DNA of 63,890 nt, the filler included. It is 5 parts of 5 records of this genome, joined end to end, with 100 filler letters (N's around TTAATTAATTAA, not from the genome) between each part and the next. Parts side by side here need not be neighbours in the genome. Positions count along the whole stretch, not along the records: positions 1 to 29,273 come from DRR723986_5151; positions 29,374 to 41,782 come from DRR723986_5156; 3 more parts are not named here. One strand, given 5' to 3'. Positions 28,128 through 39,454 of this stretch are shown piece after piece (the first letter of the stretch is position 1; each line of letters begins with the position of its first letter). The notes under the pieces are model-generated. The model saw nothing but the letters and a program-made list of their open reading frames with translations, was not told the origin of the DNA and made no database searches. A program made the translations under genes and the position numbers.

Positions 28128-29273
28128 ATGAGCGACGATTCCGACAACAGCCGCCATCTTGAAACACTGGACCGCGATCTGCATCGCCTGTCCTATCTGG
28201 AATCGGCCACCAGCTACGTCGCGCGTCCGATGGTCGGCCCCGGCGTGGCGCTGATCTTCATCGTGATGGCGGGGCTTCTGGCCGCGATTTTCTTCGGTCA
28301 GGATTCCAACGGCATGATCGTCATCGTGGCCGCAGGTATCGGCGCCTATATGGCGATCAATATCGGTGCCAATGACGTCGCCAACAACATGGGCCCCGCT
28401 GTCGGGGCCAATGCGCTGACGATGGGCGGAGCGATTGCCATTGCCGCCGTTTTTGAAAGCGCTGGCGCTTTGATTGCGGGCGGCGATGTGGTGTCGACCA
28501 TTGCCAAGGGCATCATCGAGCCGGAATCCATGGTCACCGCCGAAATCTTCATCTGGGCCATGCTGGCCGCCCTGCTGTCCTCCGCCCTGTGGGTCAATCT
28601 TGCCACCTGGGTCGGAGCGCCTGTGTCCACAACCCATTCTGTCGTGGGCGGCGTCATGGGCGCAGGCATCGCTGCGGCAGGGTTCACAGCGGTGAACTGG
28701 CCAACGATGAGCGCGATTGCCGCAAGCTGGGTTATCTCGCCGGTGCTTGGTGGAGGCATTGCGGCGCTGTTCCTGTGGTTCATCAAGGCCAACATCATCT
28801 ACACCCCCGACAAGATCGCCGCCGCCCGCAAGTGGGTTCCGGTTCTGGTCGGAATCATGGCGGGCACCTTCGCGGCCTACCTTGCGCTGAAGGGCCTCAA
28901 GCATCTGATGCGGGTCTCGCTCGGGCTGGCGCTGAGCATCGGGTTCGGCGTCACTATCGTGACGTGGCTTGGCATGATCCCGGTCATCCGCAAGCAGTCC
29001 GAAGGGCTGGAGAACCGCAACAAATCGCTGAAGGTTCTGTTTGGCATTCCGCTTGTCGTCTCGGCGGCGTTGCTCAGCTTTGCACATGGTGCCAATGATG
29101 TGGCCAACGCGGTCGGGCCGCTGGCCGCGATTGTTCAGGCGTCCCAGTCCGGGGACTTTACTCATGCGGTCAATATCCCGACCTGGGTCATGATCATCGG
29201 TGCGTTCGGCATCTCGTTCGGCCTGTTCCTGTTCGGCCCGAAGCTGATCCGCATGGTTGGCAGCCAGATCACC
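28128..29273 (+). CDS. pit: Inorganic phosphate transporter (PiT), 3'-truncated
   Basis: Two GANDVAN motifs and PVSTTH. Confidence 0.93.
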
Positions 29274-29373
29274 NNNNNNNNNNNNNNNNNNNNNNNNNNN
29301 NNNNNNNNNNNNNNNNNTTAATTAATTAANNNNNNNNNNNNNNNNNNNNNNNNNNNNNNNNNNNNNNNNNNNN
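29274..29373. other. Artificial contig spacer
   Basis: N-run + TTAATTAATTAA (stops in all six frames) + N-run, 100 nt. Confidence 0.98.
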
Positions 29374-29419
29374 CTGCCCCTTAGGAGGGGGCTGCTCTAT
29401 CCAATTGAGCCACGGGGCC
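29374..29419 (-). tRNA. tRNA-Arg(CCT), 5' part; 3' end cut by the contig edge
   Basis: Minus strand reads GGCCCCG TG GCTC AATTGGATA GAGC A GCCCC CTCCTAA GGGGC AG: acceptor 5' strand, D-arm, and anticodon arm with CCT. Confidence 0.92.
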
Positions 29420-29479
29420 AGCATGCACTGTCTAACGGCAGGCGGGCGCTTGAACAAGGGTGGCGCTTCGCGCTAACGT

Positions 29480-30532
29480 TTGCGTGAGTTGAAATGGAAA
29501 ACCCCCTTGCAGCGCCCAACACACCGCCCCCTTACGCTACGTGACGTCTCTGAAGCATCGGGGGTGTCGGAAATGACCGTCAGCCGCGTGTTGCGCAACC
29601 GCGGCGATGTCAGCCCAGCCACGCGCGAGCGGGTGCTGCAGGCGGCCAAGGCGCTGGGATACGTGCCCAACAAGATTGCCGGCTCGCTGGCCAGCCAGCG
29701 GGTAAACCTGGTGGCGGTGATCATTCCTTCGATGTCGAATATGGTCTTTCCCGAGGTATTGACCGGCATCAACAAAGTGCTGGAAGGCACGCCGCTACAG
29801 GCGGTGGTTGGCATCACCGATTATCTGCCTGAAAAAGAGGAAAAGGTGCTTTACGATATGCTGTCGTGGCGCCCCTCGGGCATCATTATTGCGGGGCTGG
29901 AACATTCCGATGCCACGCGCGCCATGCTGCGCGCCAGTGGCATTCCGGTGGTCGAGATCATGGATACCGACGGCCAGCCCGTGGATGCGATGGTGGGCAT
30001 CAGCCACCGCCGTGCCGGGCGGATGATGGGCGAAGAGATATTAAAGGCAGGCTACCGGCGCATTGGCTTTATGGGCACGAAAATGCCGCTTGATCACCGC
30101 GCGCGCAAGCGGTTCGAGGGGTTCACCCAGGCCTTGGCACGCGGTGGCGTCGAAATTACTGACCAAGAGTTTTATTCCGGCGGGTCGGCCCTGTCGAAGG
30201 GGCGCGAACTGACCGCGGCAATGCTAAAGCGCAGCCCAGATTTGGATTTTCTATATTACTCGAACGATATGATCGGGGCAGGCGGGCTGCTGTGGCTGAT
30301 TGAACAGGGCTACGACATTCCCGGCCGCATTGGCTTGGCCGGGTTTAACGGGGTCGAGCTGTTGCAAGGTTTGCCGCTGCGGCTGGCCACAATGGATGCC
30401 TGCCGTGCCGAGGTGGGCCGCCGTGCGGCAGAAATTATTGTGGCGCGCACCGAAAACCCCGATGCCCCGCTAGAGGCCAGCGTCACGCTGACGCCCACAC
30501 TTTCGCCCGGCGATACTTTGCGCCGCGGCTAG
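29480..30532 (+). CDS. LacI-family (GntR/IdnR-type) regulator
   Basis: TLRDVSEASGVSEMTVSRVL; true start may be slightly downstream. Confidence 0.9.
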   Translation: MRELKWKTPLQRPTHRPLTLRDVSEASGVSEMTVSRVLRNRGDVSPATRERVLQAAKALGYVPNKIAGSLASQRVNLVAVIIPSMSNMVFPEVLTGINKVLEGTPLQAVVGITDYLPEKEEKVLYDMLSWRPSGIIIAGLEHSDATRAMLRASGIPVVEIMDTDGQPVDAMVGISHRRAGRMMGEEILKAGYRRIGFMGTKMPLDHRARKRFEGFTQALARGGVEITDQEFYSGGSALSKGRELTAAMLKRSPDLDFLYYSNDMIGAGGLLWLIEQGYDIPGRIGLAGFNGVELLQGLPLRLATMDACRAEVGRRAAEIIVARTENPDAPLEASVTLTPTLSPGDTLRRG

Positions 30533-30535
30533 GGC

Positions 30536-30823
30536 TTAGAAGCGCAGAAAAAACGCGCCTGCAGCGCCCTGGCGGCTGGGCAAGCCGGCATCATCAAATA
30601 CAGAAACAACCGTCAGCAGCTGCCACCCCGCTGCCGCCAAACGTGGGCGCAGCTGGGTTGTTGCCGTGTCTTTGGTGCAGGCACCCTGCACCTGCGCCAC
30701 ACCGTAATGCAGCTGCAATGGGTTGTCTTTACGCGCCTTGTAATCGGCATAGCAGGCGGCATGGGCCACCTGCCCCACCATCATCAAGGCACCAATAACA
30801 AAGGGGGCAAAGGCGTGTCTCAT
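30536..30823 (-). CDS. Small exported hypothetical protein
   Basis: Signal peptide ending AHA, then CYADYKARKDNPLQLHYG; two Cys. Confidence 0.7.
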   Translation of the reverse strand: MRHAFAPFVIGALMMVGQVAHAACYADYKARKDNPLQLHYGVAQVQGACTKDTATTQLRPRLAAAGWQLLTVVSVFDDAGLPSRQGAAGAFFLRF

Positions 30824-31018
30824 GCCGGCAACTATCTGCTTTTGCAGGGCGTTATTCAATATCAATCGCAGGTTTAGGGCCCTGATATTCGATAACACGG
30901 CGCTGTTATTGCCTGTCGGGGGGCACTGGGCGCATCCCTTAGGCATCGCTCTTGGCTGTTTTGGGCCGGGGGCGCAAACCGCCGCAGAATGTGGCGCCCA
31001 TGGATCAAGGAGTTTCTG

Positions 31019-31447
31019 ATGTCACGCAAATTTATGTCGTTCGTTTTGGCCACCGCTCTTACCGTCACCGGCCTGTCCAGCGCCCCCGCCCATGCCGGCA
31101 ATAACGATTTTGCAAAGGCACTGGTGGGCATCGCTGCCGTGGCCATGATTGCCAAGGCGATTGAACAAGAAAACACCACGCGCCGCGCCGCGCAGGCACA
31201 GCCCCACCACAGCCATACATATGCCAAGCCACAGTATCACAAGCCACAGTATCACAAGCCACAATATCACAAGCACGGGCACTATCGCCACAACCAGGCA
31301 GAAACCTATGGCCATGTGGTGGCACCGCGCCCCCTGCCCCACCGGGTGGCGCGCGCCAATCAGGCGGCCTTGTGCAAACAAGTCACCTATGGCCGCAATG
31401 GCCGCGTGCTGCGTGAAACCTGGGCGCCCTGCAGCAGCCTGCGCTAG
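31019..31447 (+). CDS. Exported His-rich hypothetical protein
   Basis: SD AAGGAG, signal peptide ending PAHA, KPQYH x3. Confidence 0.72.
   Translation: MSRKFMSFVLATALTVTGLSSAPAHAGNNDFAKALVGIAAVAMIAKAIEQENTTRRAAQAQPHHSHTYAKPQYHKPQYHKPQYHKHGHYRHNQAETYGHVVAPRPLPHRVARANQAALCKQVTYGRNGRVLRETWAPCSSLR
31225..31274 (+). repeat. In-frame 15-bp tandem repeat, about 3.3 copies
   Basis: CAAGCCACAGTATCA x2, CAAGCCACAATATCA, then CAAGC. Confidence 0.9.
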
Positions 31448-31528
31448 GGGGCACAAACCGGCACCGGGGCTGTTTCCGCAGGCCCGGTTTGCCATTGCAC
31501 TGCCTCGGCCCACGGGCATAGTGGGGCC

Positions 31529-32161
31529 ATGACACAGCCTGATTTCAGTTTGGAAACCGCCGCCCATCATGCGGGCTTTACCCGCATCGCCGGCATCGAC
31601 GAGGTGGGCCGCGGCCCTTTGGCGGGGCCGGTTGTGGCCGCAGCCGTTATCTTGGACCCCCAAAATATACCCGATGGATTGAACGATTCAAAAAAACTAA
31701 CGGCCAAACGCCGCGATGCGCTGGCCCAACAGATCATGGCGCAGGCCGAGGTGGGGGTAGGCCAGGCCAGCGTGGCCGAGATTGACGCGCTCAATATCCT
31801 GCGTGCCACCCATTTGGCCATGGAACGCGCGCTGGCTGCGCTGCCGAACCGCCCCGATCACCTGTTGATTGACGGCAATCAATTGCCCAAGGCATTGACC
31901 ATTTCTGCCCAAGCAGTGGTAAAGGGCGACGCCCGCGCGCTCAGCATTGCCGCCGCCTCGATTGTGGCCAAAACAACACGCGACACATTGATGTGGGATT
32001 TGGCGCAACACTTCCCCGGCTATGGCTGGGAGGCAAACGCCGGCTACCCAACCAAAAGCCACCTGAATGCGCTCCGAAATCTGGGGGTTACCCCACATCA
32101 TAGACGTTCGTTCAAACCGGTACACAATATCTTGTATCAAGAAAAAACTGTAAGTAACTGA
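31529..32161 (+). CDS. rnhB: Ribonuclease HII
   Basis: [38 protein letters not shown]. Confidence 0.96.
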   Translation: MTQPDFSLETAAHHAGFTRIAGIDEVGRGPLAGPVVAAAVILDPQNIPDGLNDSKKLTAKRRDALAQQIMAQAEVGVGQASVAEIDALNILRATHLAMERALAALPNRPDHLLIDGNQLPKALTISAQAVVKGDARALSIAAASIVAKTTRDTLMWDLAQHFPGYGWEANAGYPTKSHLNALRNLGVTPHHRRSFKPVHNILYQEKTVSN

Positions 32162-32198
32162 TTCAAAAAAGAATTTGACGCCGAATCATGTTTGAATC
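32160..32198. promoter_or_regulatory. Three GANTC sites clustered upstream of ccrM
   Basis: GATTC at 32160, GAATC at 32183, GAATC at 32194. Confidence 0.6.
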
Positions 32199-32241
32199 AT
32201 CTTTGCACTAACCACAGAGCACGCAAATGTGCCGGGGATAG

Positions 32242-33354
<1,113 letters not shown>

Positions 33355-33419
33355 GCCCACATCAACCCCGAACACCGCCTGGTGCCTGTGGCCTGACTTA
33401 CACAGGCACCATTGCCTAT

Positions 33420-33447
33420 GCCCCGCCCCTGTGGCGGGGCCTTTTTT
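33420..33447 (+). terminator. Rho-independent terminator
   Basis: GCCCCGCC-CCTGT-GGCGGGGC then CTTTTTT. Confidence 0.75.
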
Positions 33448-33527
33448 GATACTGCATCGTGATCGGCCAGCCCTTGTGACCGCCGCGCTTTTCCTGTTTG
33501 CTGCGCGCACGCGAAAAGGAGGCTGCC

Positions 33528-34388
33528 ATGACTGACGAATACACCCCCCCCAAAGTATGGACCTGGAACCAAGAATCCGGCGGCCGCTTTGCCAGTATCA
33601 ACCGGCCCATCGCAGGTGCCACCCATGAAAAAGACCTGCCCGTGGGCAAACACCCGCTGCAGCTATATTCGCTGGCCACGCCCAATGGCGTGAAAGTCAC
33701 CGTAATGCTGGAAGAGCTGCTGGCGCGGGGCATTTCCGAGGCGGAATATGATGCTTGGCTGATCAAGATTGGCGATGGCGATCAGTTCAGCAGCGGCTTT
33801 GTGGCCGCCAACCCCAACTCGAAAATTCCAGCGCTGATGGATCACTCGCAAAACCCGCCTGTGCGGGTGTTTGAAAGCGCATCAATCCTGCTGTATTTGG
33901 CCGAAAAATTTGGCGCTTTCCTGCCGACCGATCTGCGCCAGCGCACCGAGGTGATGAACTGGGTGTTTTGGCAGATGGGTAGCGCGCCTTATCTGGGCGG
34001 TGGCTTTGGCCATTTCTATGCCTATGCGCCCAAACGCTGGGAATACCCCATCAACCGTTTTGCCATGGAGGTAAAACGCCAGCTTGATGTGCTGGACCGC
34101 CATCTAGAGGGCCAAGAATTCATGGTGGGCGACTATTCCATCGCCGATATGGCGATTTGGCCGTGGTATGGCCAGCTGGCCCTTGGGCGCCAATACGAGG
34201 CGGCCGAATTTCTCGATGTCGAAAGCTACACCAATGTCCAGCGCTGGGCCAAAGCGATAGATGCGCGCCCCGCTGTTTTGCGCGGGCGCATGGTAAACCG
34301 CATGGTGGGCGATCCGGCGTTGCAGCTGCACGAACGCCACGATGCCAGCGATTTCGAAACCAAAACCCAAGATAAGATCGGCGGCTAA
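33528..34388 (+). CDS. yghU: Glutathione-dependent disulfide-bond oxidoreductase (GST nu class)
   Basis: YTPPKVWTW, INRPIAGATH, YSLATPNG, NPNSKIP, FESASIL; SD AAGGAGG. Confidence 0.93.
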   Translation: MTDEYTPPKVWTWNQESGGRFASINRPIAGATHEKDLPVGKHPLQLYSLATPNGVKVTVMLEELLARGISEAEYDAWLIKIGDGDQFSSGFVAANPNSKIPALMDHSQNPPVRVFESASILLYLAEKFGAFLPTDLRQRTEVMNWVFWQMGSAPYLGGGFGHFYAYAPKRWEYPINRFAMEVKRQLDVLDRHLEGQEFMVGDYSIADMAIWPWYGQLALGRQYEAAEFLDVESYTNVQRWAKAIDARPAVLRGRMVNRMVGDPALQLHERHDASDFETKTQDKIGG

Positions 34389-34412
34389 ACCCGCCCACCG
34401 GCACAGCCGATG

Positions 34413-34443
34413 AAAAACGCGCCCAATTAGGGCGCGTTTTTTT
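34413..34443 (+). terminator. Rho-independent terminator
   Basis: AAAAACGCGCCC-AATTA-GGGCGCGTTTTTTT. Confidence 0.8.
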
Positions 34444-34448
34444 GTGAT

Positions 34449-34477
34449 TTGACAAAAAAGGAACACAAACGAACATT
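34449..34477 (+). promoter_or_regulatory. TTGACA -35 element and GlpR-like half-site upstream of glpD
   Basis: TTGACA at 34449; AACGAACATT at 34468-34477. Confidence 0.45.
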
Positions 34478-34526
34478 AGATCGCGTATAACCGCAACGAA
34501 TCGCGCGCGCAGGCAAAGGGCCCTAA

Positions 34527-36134
34527 ATGCCAGACAACACACACCCCGCCCCCCCTATCGACCTGCTGGTCATCGGCGGTGGCATCAATGGCTGCGGCAT
34601 TGCCCGCGATGCGGTGGGGCGCGGCCTGTCGGTGATGCTGTGCGAAATGGGCGATTTGGGGCAGGCCACCTCTTCGGCCAGCACCAAGCTGTTTCATGGC
34701 GGGCTGCGGTATCTGGAATATTTCCAATTCCGCCTTGTCCGCGAAGCTTTGGCCGAACGCGAGGTGCTGTTGCGCAACATGCCCCATATCAGTTGGCCCA
34801 TGCGGTTTGTGTTGCCGCTACACCCCGATATGCGCTTTGACAGCGAAACCCCCGCCTCGCGGCTATTGGCCTGGGTGGCGCCCTGGGCCAAGGGGCGCCG
34901 CCCCGCCTGGCTGATACGGCTGGGGCTGTTTTTATACGATCACTTGGGCCAACGCCAAACCTTACCCGCCACGCGCCGCTTGGCGCTGCACAACAGCCCC
35001 GAAGGCGCGCCCCTGCAGCCGCAGTTTTCGCAGGCCTTTGAATATTCCGATTGCTGGGTGCAAGATAGCCGCCTGGTCAGCCTGAATGCCCGCGACGCCG
35101 CTGAACGTGGCGCCAGAATTTGCACGCGCACCCGCGTTGTGGCCGCCCAGCGCGGCGACAGCCATTGGGATGTTACGCTGCAAGATACCAAAACCGGCAC
35201 GCAACACGTGGTGCAAGCACGCATGTTAGTAAATGCCGCAGGCCCATGGGCGGCGCAGGTTTTGGGGCAGGTGCTGCAGCAAAACAGCCCCGACCGCCTG
35301 CGCCTTGTGCGGGGCAGCCATATCGTGACCAGGCGCTTGTTTGCGCATGAAAAGGCGTATTTCTTCCAAGGGTCCGACGGGCGCATCATCTTTGCCATTC
35401 CCTACGAGCAGGATTTTACCCTGATCGGCACCACCGATGCCAACCACGACAGCGCAGATACCGCCCCCCAATGCACCGAGGCCGAGCAAGACTATTTACT
35501 GGCCTTTGCCAGCCAATATCTCAAAACCCCGCTCACCCCCGCCGATATTGTGTGGCAGTTTTCCGGCATGCGGCCGCTGCACGATGATGGCGGGCAAAGC
35601 GCCAGCGCCATCACCCGCGATTACAGCCTGAAACTGGATGACAGTGCCGCGCCGGTGCTGCATGTTTTTGGCGGCAAAATCACCACCTATCGGCGCCTAG
35701 CTGAAAAGGCGCTGGCGCATATCTTGCCTGCCCTTCAAACCACCGCCCCAAACTGGACGCATAATGCCCCCCTGCCGGGCGGTGCCTTTGCTGTGGGTGA
35801 TGCCGGCAAACTGATGGCGCAGCTGGGCACGCGCTATGGGTTTTTGGGCCCAGACTGGGCCGCGCGGCTGGTGCGGGCCTATGGGCTGGATGCCCAGCGC
35901 ATTTTGGGGCAGGCCACACACCAGGCTGATCTGGGCATAGATTTTGGCGCTAGCCTGACACAGGCCGAGGTAGATTGGCTGGTGGCCCATGAATTTGCCC
36001 AAACCGCCGATGATATCTTATGGCGCCGCACCCGATTGGGGCTGAAAATGCCCGCCCAGGGCAAGGCGGCGCTGGAAACCTACTTGCAGGGCCTGGATGG
36101 CGGTGCAAAGGGGCTTGCGCAAAGCGCGGCTTGA
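34527..36134 (+). CDS. glpD: Aerobic glycerol-3-phosphate dehydrogenase
   Basis: GGGINGCGIARD, SSASTKLFHGGLRYLE, GGKITTYRRLAE, DDILWRRTRLG. Confidence 0.96.
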   Translation: MPDNTHPAPPIDLLVIGGGINGCGIARDAVGRGLSVMLCEMGDLGQATSSASTKLFHGGLRYLEYFQFRLVREALAEREVLLRNMPHISWPMRFVLPLHPDMRFDSETPASRLLAWVAPWAKGRRPAWLIRLGLFLYDHLGQRQTLPATRRLALHNSPEGAPLQPQFSQAFEYSDCWVQDSRLVSLNARDAAERGARICTRTRVVAAQRGDSHWDVTLQDTKTGTQHVVQARMLVNAAGPWAAQVLGQVLQQNSPDRLRLVRGSHIVTRRLFAHEKAYFFQGSDGRIIFAIPYEQDFTLIGTTDANHDSADTAPQCTEAEQDYLLAFASQYLKTPLTPADIVWQFSGMRPLHDDGGQSASAITRDYSLKLDDSAAPVLHVFGGKITTYRRLAEKALAHILPALQTTAPNWTHNAPLPGGAFAVGDAGKLMAQLGTRYGFLGPDWAARLVRAYGLDAQRILGQATHQADLGIDFGASLTQAEVDWLVAHEFAQTADDILWRRTRLGLKMPAQGKAALETYLQGLDGGAKGLAQSAA

Positions 36135-36197
36135 ACGGCACCATCAGCGTGGGGCGCACAGGCGATAACAGGCCATAAAGGGCCATAGGGGGGGCAA

Positions 36198-37691
36198 ATG
36201 GGGTATATTTTAGCAATCGATCAGGGCACCACATCGTCGCGGGCCATCGTGTTTGACGCAAAAATGCGCCCCATAGCCATGGCGCAACAAGAATTTCCAC
36301 AGATCTTTCCCGCCTCGGGCTGGGTTGAACATGCACCAGATGCGATTTGGAACAGCGTTTTGGCCACCTGTCGGATGGCTATAAAACAGGCAGGTATCGA
36401 TGCGGGGCAATTGGCCGGAATTGGCCTGACCAACCAGCGCGAAACCACCCTGATTTGGGATCGGAAAACGGGCGCGCCCATTGGCAACGCCATCGTGTGG
36501 CAAGATCGGCGCACCGCCGCGCGCTGCACCCAGCTGAAAGAGCAAGGGCACGAGGCGTTGATCGCCGAAAAAACCGGCTTGCTGCTAGATCCTTATTTTT
36601 CAGCCACCAAGGCGGCTTGGCTACTGGATAACACGCCCGGCGCGCGGGCGCGTGCACAGGCGGGCCAGCTGGCCTTTGGCACGGTTGACAGCTGGCTGAT
36701 CTGGAACCTGACGGGCGGGCGCATACATGCCACCGATGCCACCAATGCCGCGCGCACTATGCTGTATGATATCCACACCGGCACCTGGTGCGACACGCTG
36801 TGCCAGATACTGGATGTGCCGCGCGCCATGCTGCCCGAAATTCACGATTGCGCCGCGCAGTTTGGCACAACCGATGCGGCGCTATTGGGCGCTGCGGTGC
36901 CAATTTTGGGCGTTGCCGGCGATCAGCAGGCCGCCGCAATCGGGCAGGCCTGTTTTACCCCCGGCATGATGAAATCCACTTATGGCACGGGCTGTTTTGC
37001 CCTGCTGAATACCGGCGCCACGCCTGTGCGGTCTAAAAACCGGCTGCTTGGCACGGTGGCCTATCAGCTGCAGGGCCAGCGCTGTTATGCGCTAGAGGGC
37101 TCTATTTTTGTGGCGGGCGCTGTGGTGCAATGGCTGCGCGATGGGCTGGGGCTGATCGCGCAGGCCAGTGATACGCAGGCTTTGGCCGAACGGGCCGACG
37201 CCAACCAAGATGTGGTGATCGTGCCGGCCTTTACCGGGCTGGGGGCGCCGCATTGGCACCCAGACAGCCGCGGCGCCATTTTTGGGCTGACCCGCGCCAC
37301 TGGCCCGGCCGAGCTGGCGCGCGCGGCCTTGGAAAGCATCGGGTTTCAAACCTTGGATTTGCTGCAAGCCATGCAGGCAGATTGGCCAGATGCCGATGCC
37401 ACAGGGCAGGCTATTTTGCGCGTTGATGGCGGCATGTGCGCCTCGAACTGGGCGATGCAGTTTTTGGCCGATATCACCGGCCTGCCGGTAGACCGGCCTG
37501 CACTGCAAGAAACCACCGCCCTTGGGGCCGCGTGGCTGGCGGGCATGCAGGCAGGCGTTTGGCCCGGCATGGATGAATTTGCCAAAACTTGGGCGTTAGA
37601 GCACCGCTTTACCCCAGAAATGCCCGGGCAAACCCGCAGCACGCGCCACGCCCGCTGGCAACGTGCCGTGGCAGCAACCCTGGCGGTTTAG
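36198..37691 (+). CDS. glpK: Glycerol kinase
   Basis: [36 protein letters not shown]. Confidence 0.96.
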   Translation: MGYILAIDQGTTSSRAIVFDAKMRPIAMAQQEFPQIFPASGWVEHAPDAIWNSVLATCRMAIKQAGIDAGQLAGIGLTNQRETTLIWDRKTGAPIGNAIVWQDRRTAARCTQLKEQGHEALIAEKTGLLLDPYFSATKAAWLLDNTPGARARAQAGQLAFGTVDSWLIWNLTGGRIHATDATNAARTMLYDIHTGTWCDTLCQILDVPRAMLPEIHDCAAQFGTTDAALLGAAVPILGVAGDQQAAAIGQACFTPGMMKSTYGTGCFALLNTGATPVRSKNRLLGTVAYQLQGQRCYALEGSIFVAGAVVQWLRDGLGLIAQASDTQALAERADANQDVVIVPAFTGLGAPHWHPDSRGAIFGLTRATGPAELARAALESIGFQTLDLLQAMQADWPDADATGQAILRVDGGMCASNWAMQFLADITGLPVDRPALQETTALGAAWLAGMQAGVWPGMDEFAKTWALEHRFTPEMPGQTRSTRHARWQRAVAATLAV

Positions 37692-37697
37692 GCCAAA

Positions 37698-38522
37698 TCA
37701 GCGCCGCGCCTGCCAGCTCAGCGAGGCATGCCGGCGCGTGTAAAATTCGCCCATCAAGCCAATCATCAACAGCACCAACCCCACCCAAAGCGGGTATTCC
37801 CAGTTCGAATTGCGCGGAAAATAGTTAATAAATACATAGCCGCGGGCCTGATCGATGCAGTGAAACAGCGGGTTCCAATCGAACATGGTCAGCATAAAGG
37901 GGGGCAGGGAATTGGCCACAAACATCTTGCCCGATGCAATCATATTGGCGCGCTGATAGAGCGTTTTGAACATCATCACGAAATTGGGAAACCACGGCGT
38001 GAGCGCCAGCACCACCATACCCACGCCAACCCCGGTAAACCACGCCAAGATCAGCATCATAAAGGCGCCCGCCACATCGATAATAACAACGGGCGCGATC
38101 AAGACATCATAGATAAACAGGCACAAAAACAGCGACAGCAGCTGAATATAAAGCGCACCAAAGGCCGCAGACAGGATGGCGACAAAGGTGGTCATCGGGG
38201 CATGTTTCATCATCGCCGATGATGGCCCCTCGGCACCAGAAACAGCGCCCATTGTTTTGGTATGGGTCAAAAACAGGAAAATGCCCGACATGATATACAG
38301 CATAAAATCGCCACGTATCGCGGCGCGGCGCATGCCAAGCAGGTTGAACAGCAGATAAAACGACAACACGAAAAAGATGACCTGCAGCATATTCAGGCCC
38401 AGCGCGATCACGGCATTGCCATGCATTTTGCGCACATCGCGCACGATGCTGTGGTAAACCAGCTCGAAAATCGTCAGAAACGAGGAAAGGCCCCTGCGAT
38501 ACCTTGGGCGCTGCTGGAACAT
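37698..38522 (-). CDS. kpsM: Capsular polysaccharide ABC-2 exporter permease
   Basis: Six hydrophobic segments, WNPLFHCIDQAR; adjacent to kdsB. Confidence 0.75.
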   Translation of the reverse strand: MFQQRPRYRRGLSSFLTIFELVYHSIVRDVRKMHGNAVIALGLNMLQVIFFVLSFYLLFNLLGMRRAAIRGDFMLYIMSGIFLFLTHTKTMGAVSGAEGPSSAMMKHAPMTTFVAILSAAFGALYIQLLSLFLCLFIYDVLIAPVVIIDVAGAFMMLILAWFTGVGVGMVVLALTPWFPNFVMMFKTLYQRANMIASGKMFVANSLPPFMLTMFDWNPLFHCIDQARGYVFINYFPRNSNWEYPLWVGLVLLMIGLMGEFYTRRHASLSWQARR

Positions 38523-38656
38523 AAAAACCGCCTACATCAAACCGGGCCGGGGCAGGCGTGGCTTGCCCATTATGGCCAAGCCCAGCATAAGAGGGCGCAA
38601 GTTAATTTGCAATTGTCGCTGGTGGAATTCGTGCCAGCCTGTTGAAAGGGACATCA

Positions 38657-39454
38657 GTGGATTACGAAAAGCTGACACATGTGATGCGCGATCTGGCGCT
38701 GCAGGCGGGTGATGCGATCATGCAGATCTATGGCGCCGATGATTTCGCCATCGAGGTCAAGGATGATGCCAGCCCCGTAACCGCAGCAGACAAGGCCGCC
38801 GATGCGCTGATCGCCGCCGGGCTGCGTGCCGCCTTTCCCGAAACTTTGCTGATCACCGAAGAACAGGCCGCCTCGCACAGCCAATCGGCCGATACGTTTT
38901 TGATTGTTGATCCCCTGGATGGCACCAAAGAGTTTATCAAACGGCGCGGCGATTTTACCGTGAATATCGCCTATGTGGAAAACGGCACGCCCACCCGCGG
39001 CGTGGTGTTTGCCCCCGCGCGCAACCGCATGTTTTACACCCTGGCCAATGGTCAATCCGTCGAGGAAAGCGGCGCCTTGCAGCCGGGCCTGCCCGGGCCA
39101 TGCAAAACACTGGCGGTGGCGCAGGCAGATAATGGCGCGCTGCGGGTTGTGGCCTCGAAAAGCCACCGCGACCAGGCCACAGATGAGTATATCGAAAAAT
39201 ATGCCACCGCTGAAATGCGCTCGGCTGGGTCTTCGCTGAAATTTTGCCTGCTGGCCACCGGCGAGGCAGATCTATACCCGCGCCTTGGGCGCACCATGGA
39301 ATGGGACACTGCCGCAGGCCATGCAGTGCTGGCAGGGGCCGGCGGGCAGGTGGTGCGGTTTGACGATCACACCCCCCTTGTTTATGGCAAATCTGGCTAT
39401 GAAAACCCCTTCTTCATTGCCTTGGCCCCCAGCGTAAAGTTGCACACAGCATGA
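38657..39454 (+). CDS. cysQ: 3'(2'),5'-bisphosphate nucleotidase
   Basis: SPVTAAD, VDPLDGTKEF, GSSLKFC, EWDTAAG; GTG start after an SD. Confidence 0.93.
   Translation: MDYEKLTHVMRDLALQAGDAIMQIYGADDFAIEVKDDASPVTAADKAADALIAAGLRAAFPETLLITEEQAASHSQSADTFLIVDPLDGTKEFIKRRGDFTVNIAYVENGTPTRGVVFAPARNRMFYTLANGQSVEESGALQPGLPGPCKTLAVAQADNGALRVVASKSHRDQATDEYIEKYATAEMRSAGSSLKFCLLATGEADLYPRLGRTMEWDTAAGHAVLAGAGGQVVRFDDHTPLVYGKSGYENPFFIALAPSVKLHTA

Noticed and set aside
29274-29373. TTAATTAATTAA palindrome recurring four times
   Set aside because: Synthetic six-frame-stop linker inside N-runs; not biological.
31225-31274. Short repeats as a possible CRISPR array
   Set aside because: Contiguous 15-bp units with no spacers, inside a CDS, and no cas genes.
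34461-34474. GAAC...GAAC resembling the alphaproteobacterial LexA box
   Set aside because: The spacer is 6 nt rather than 7, and a GlpR-like site explains it better upstream of glpD.
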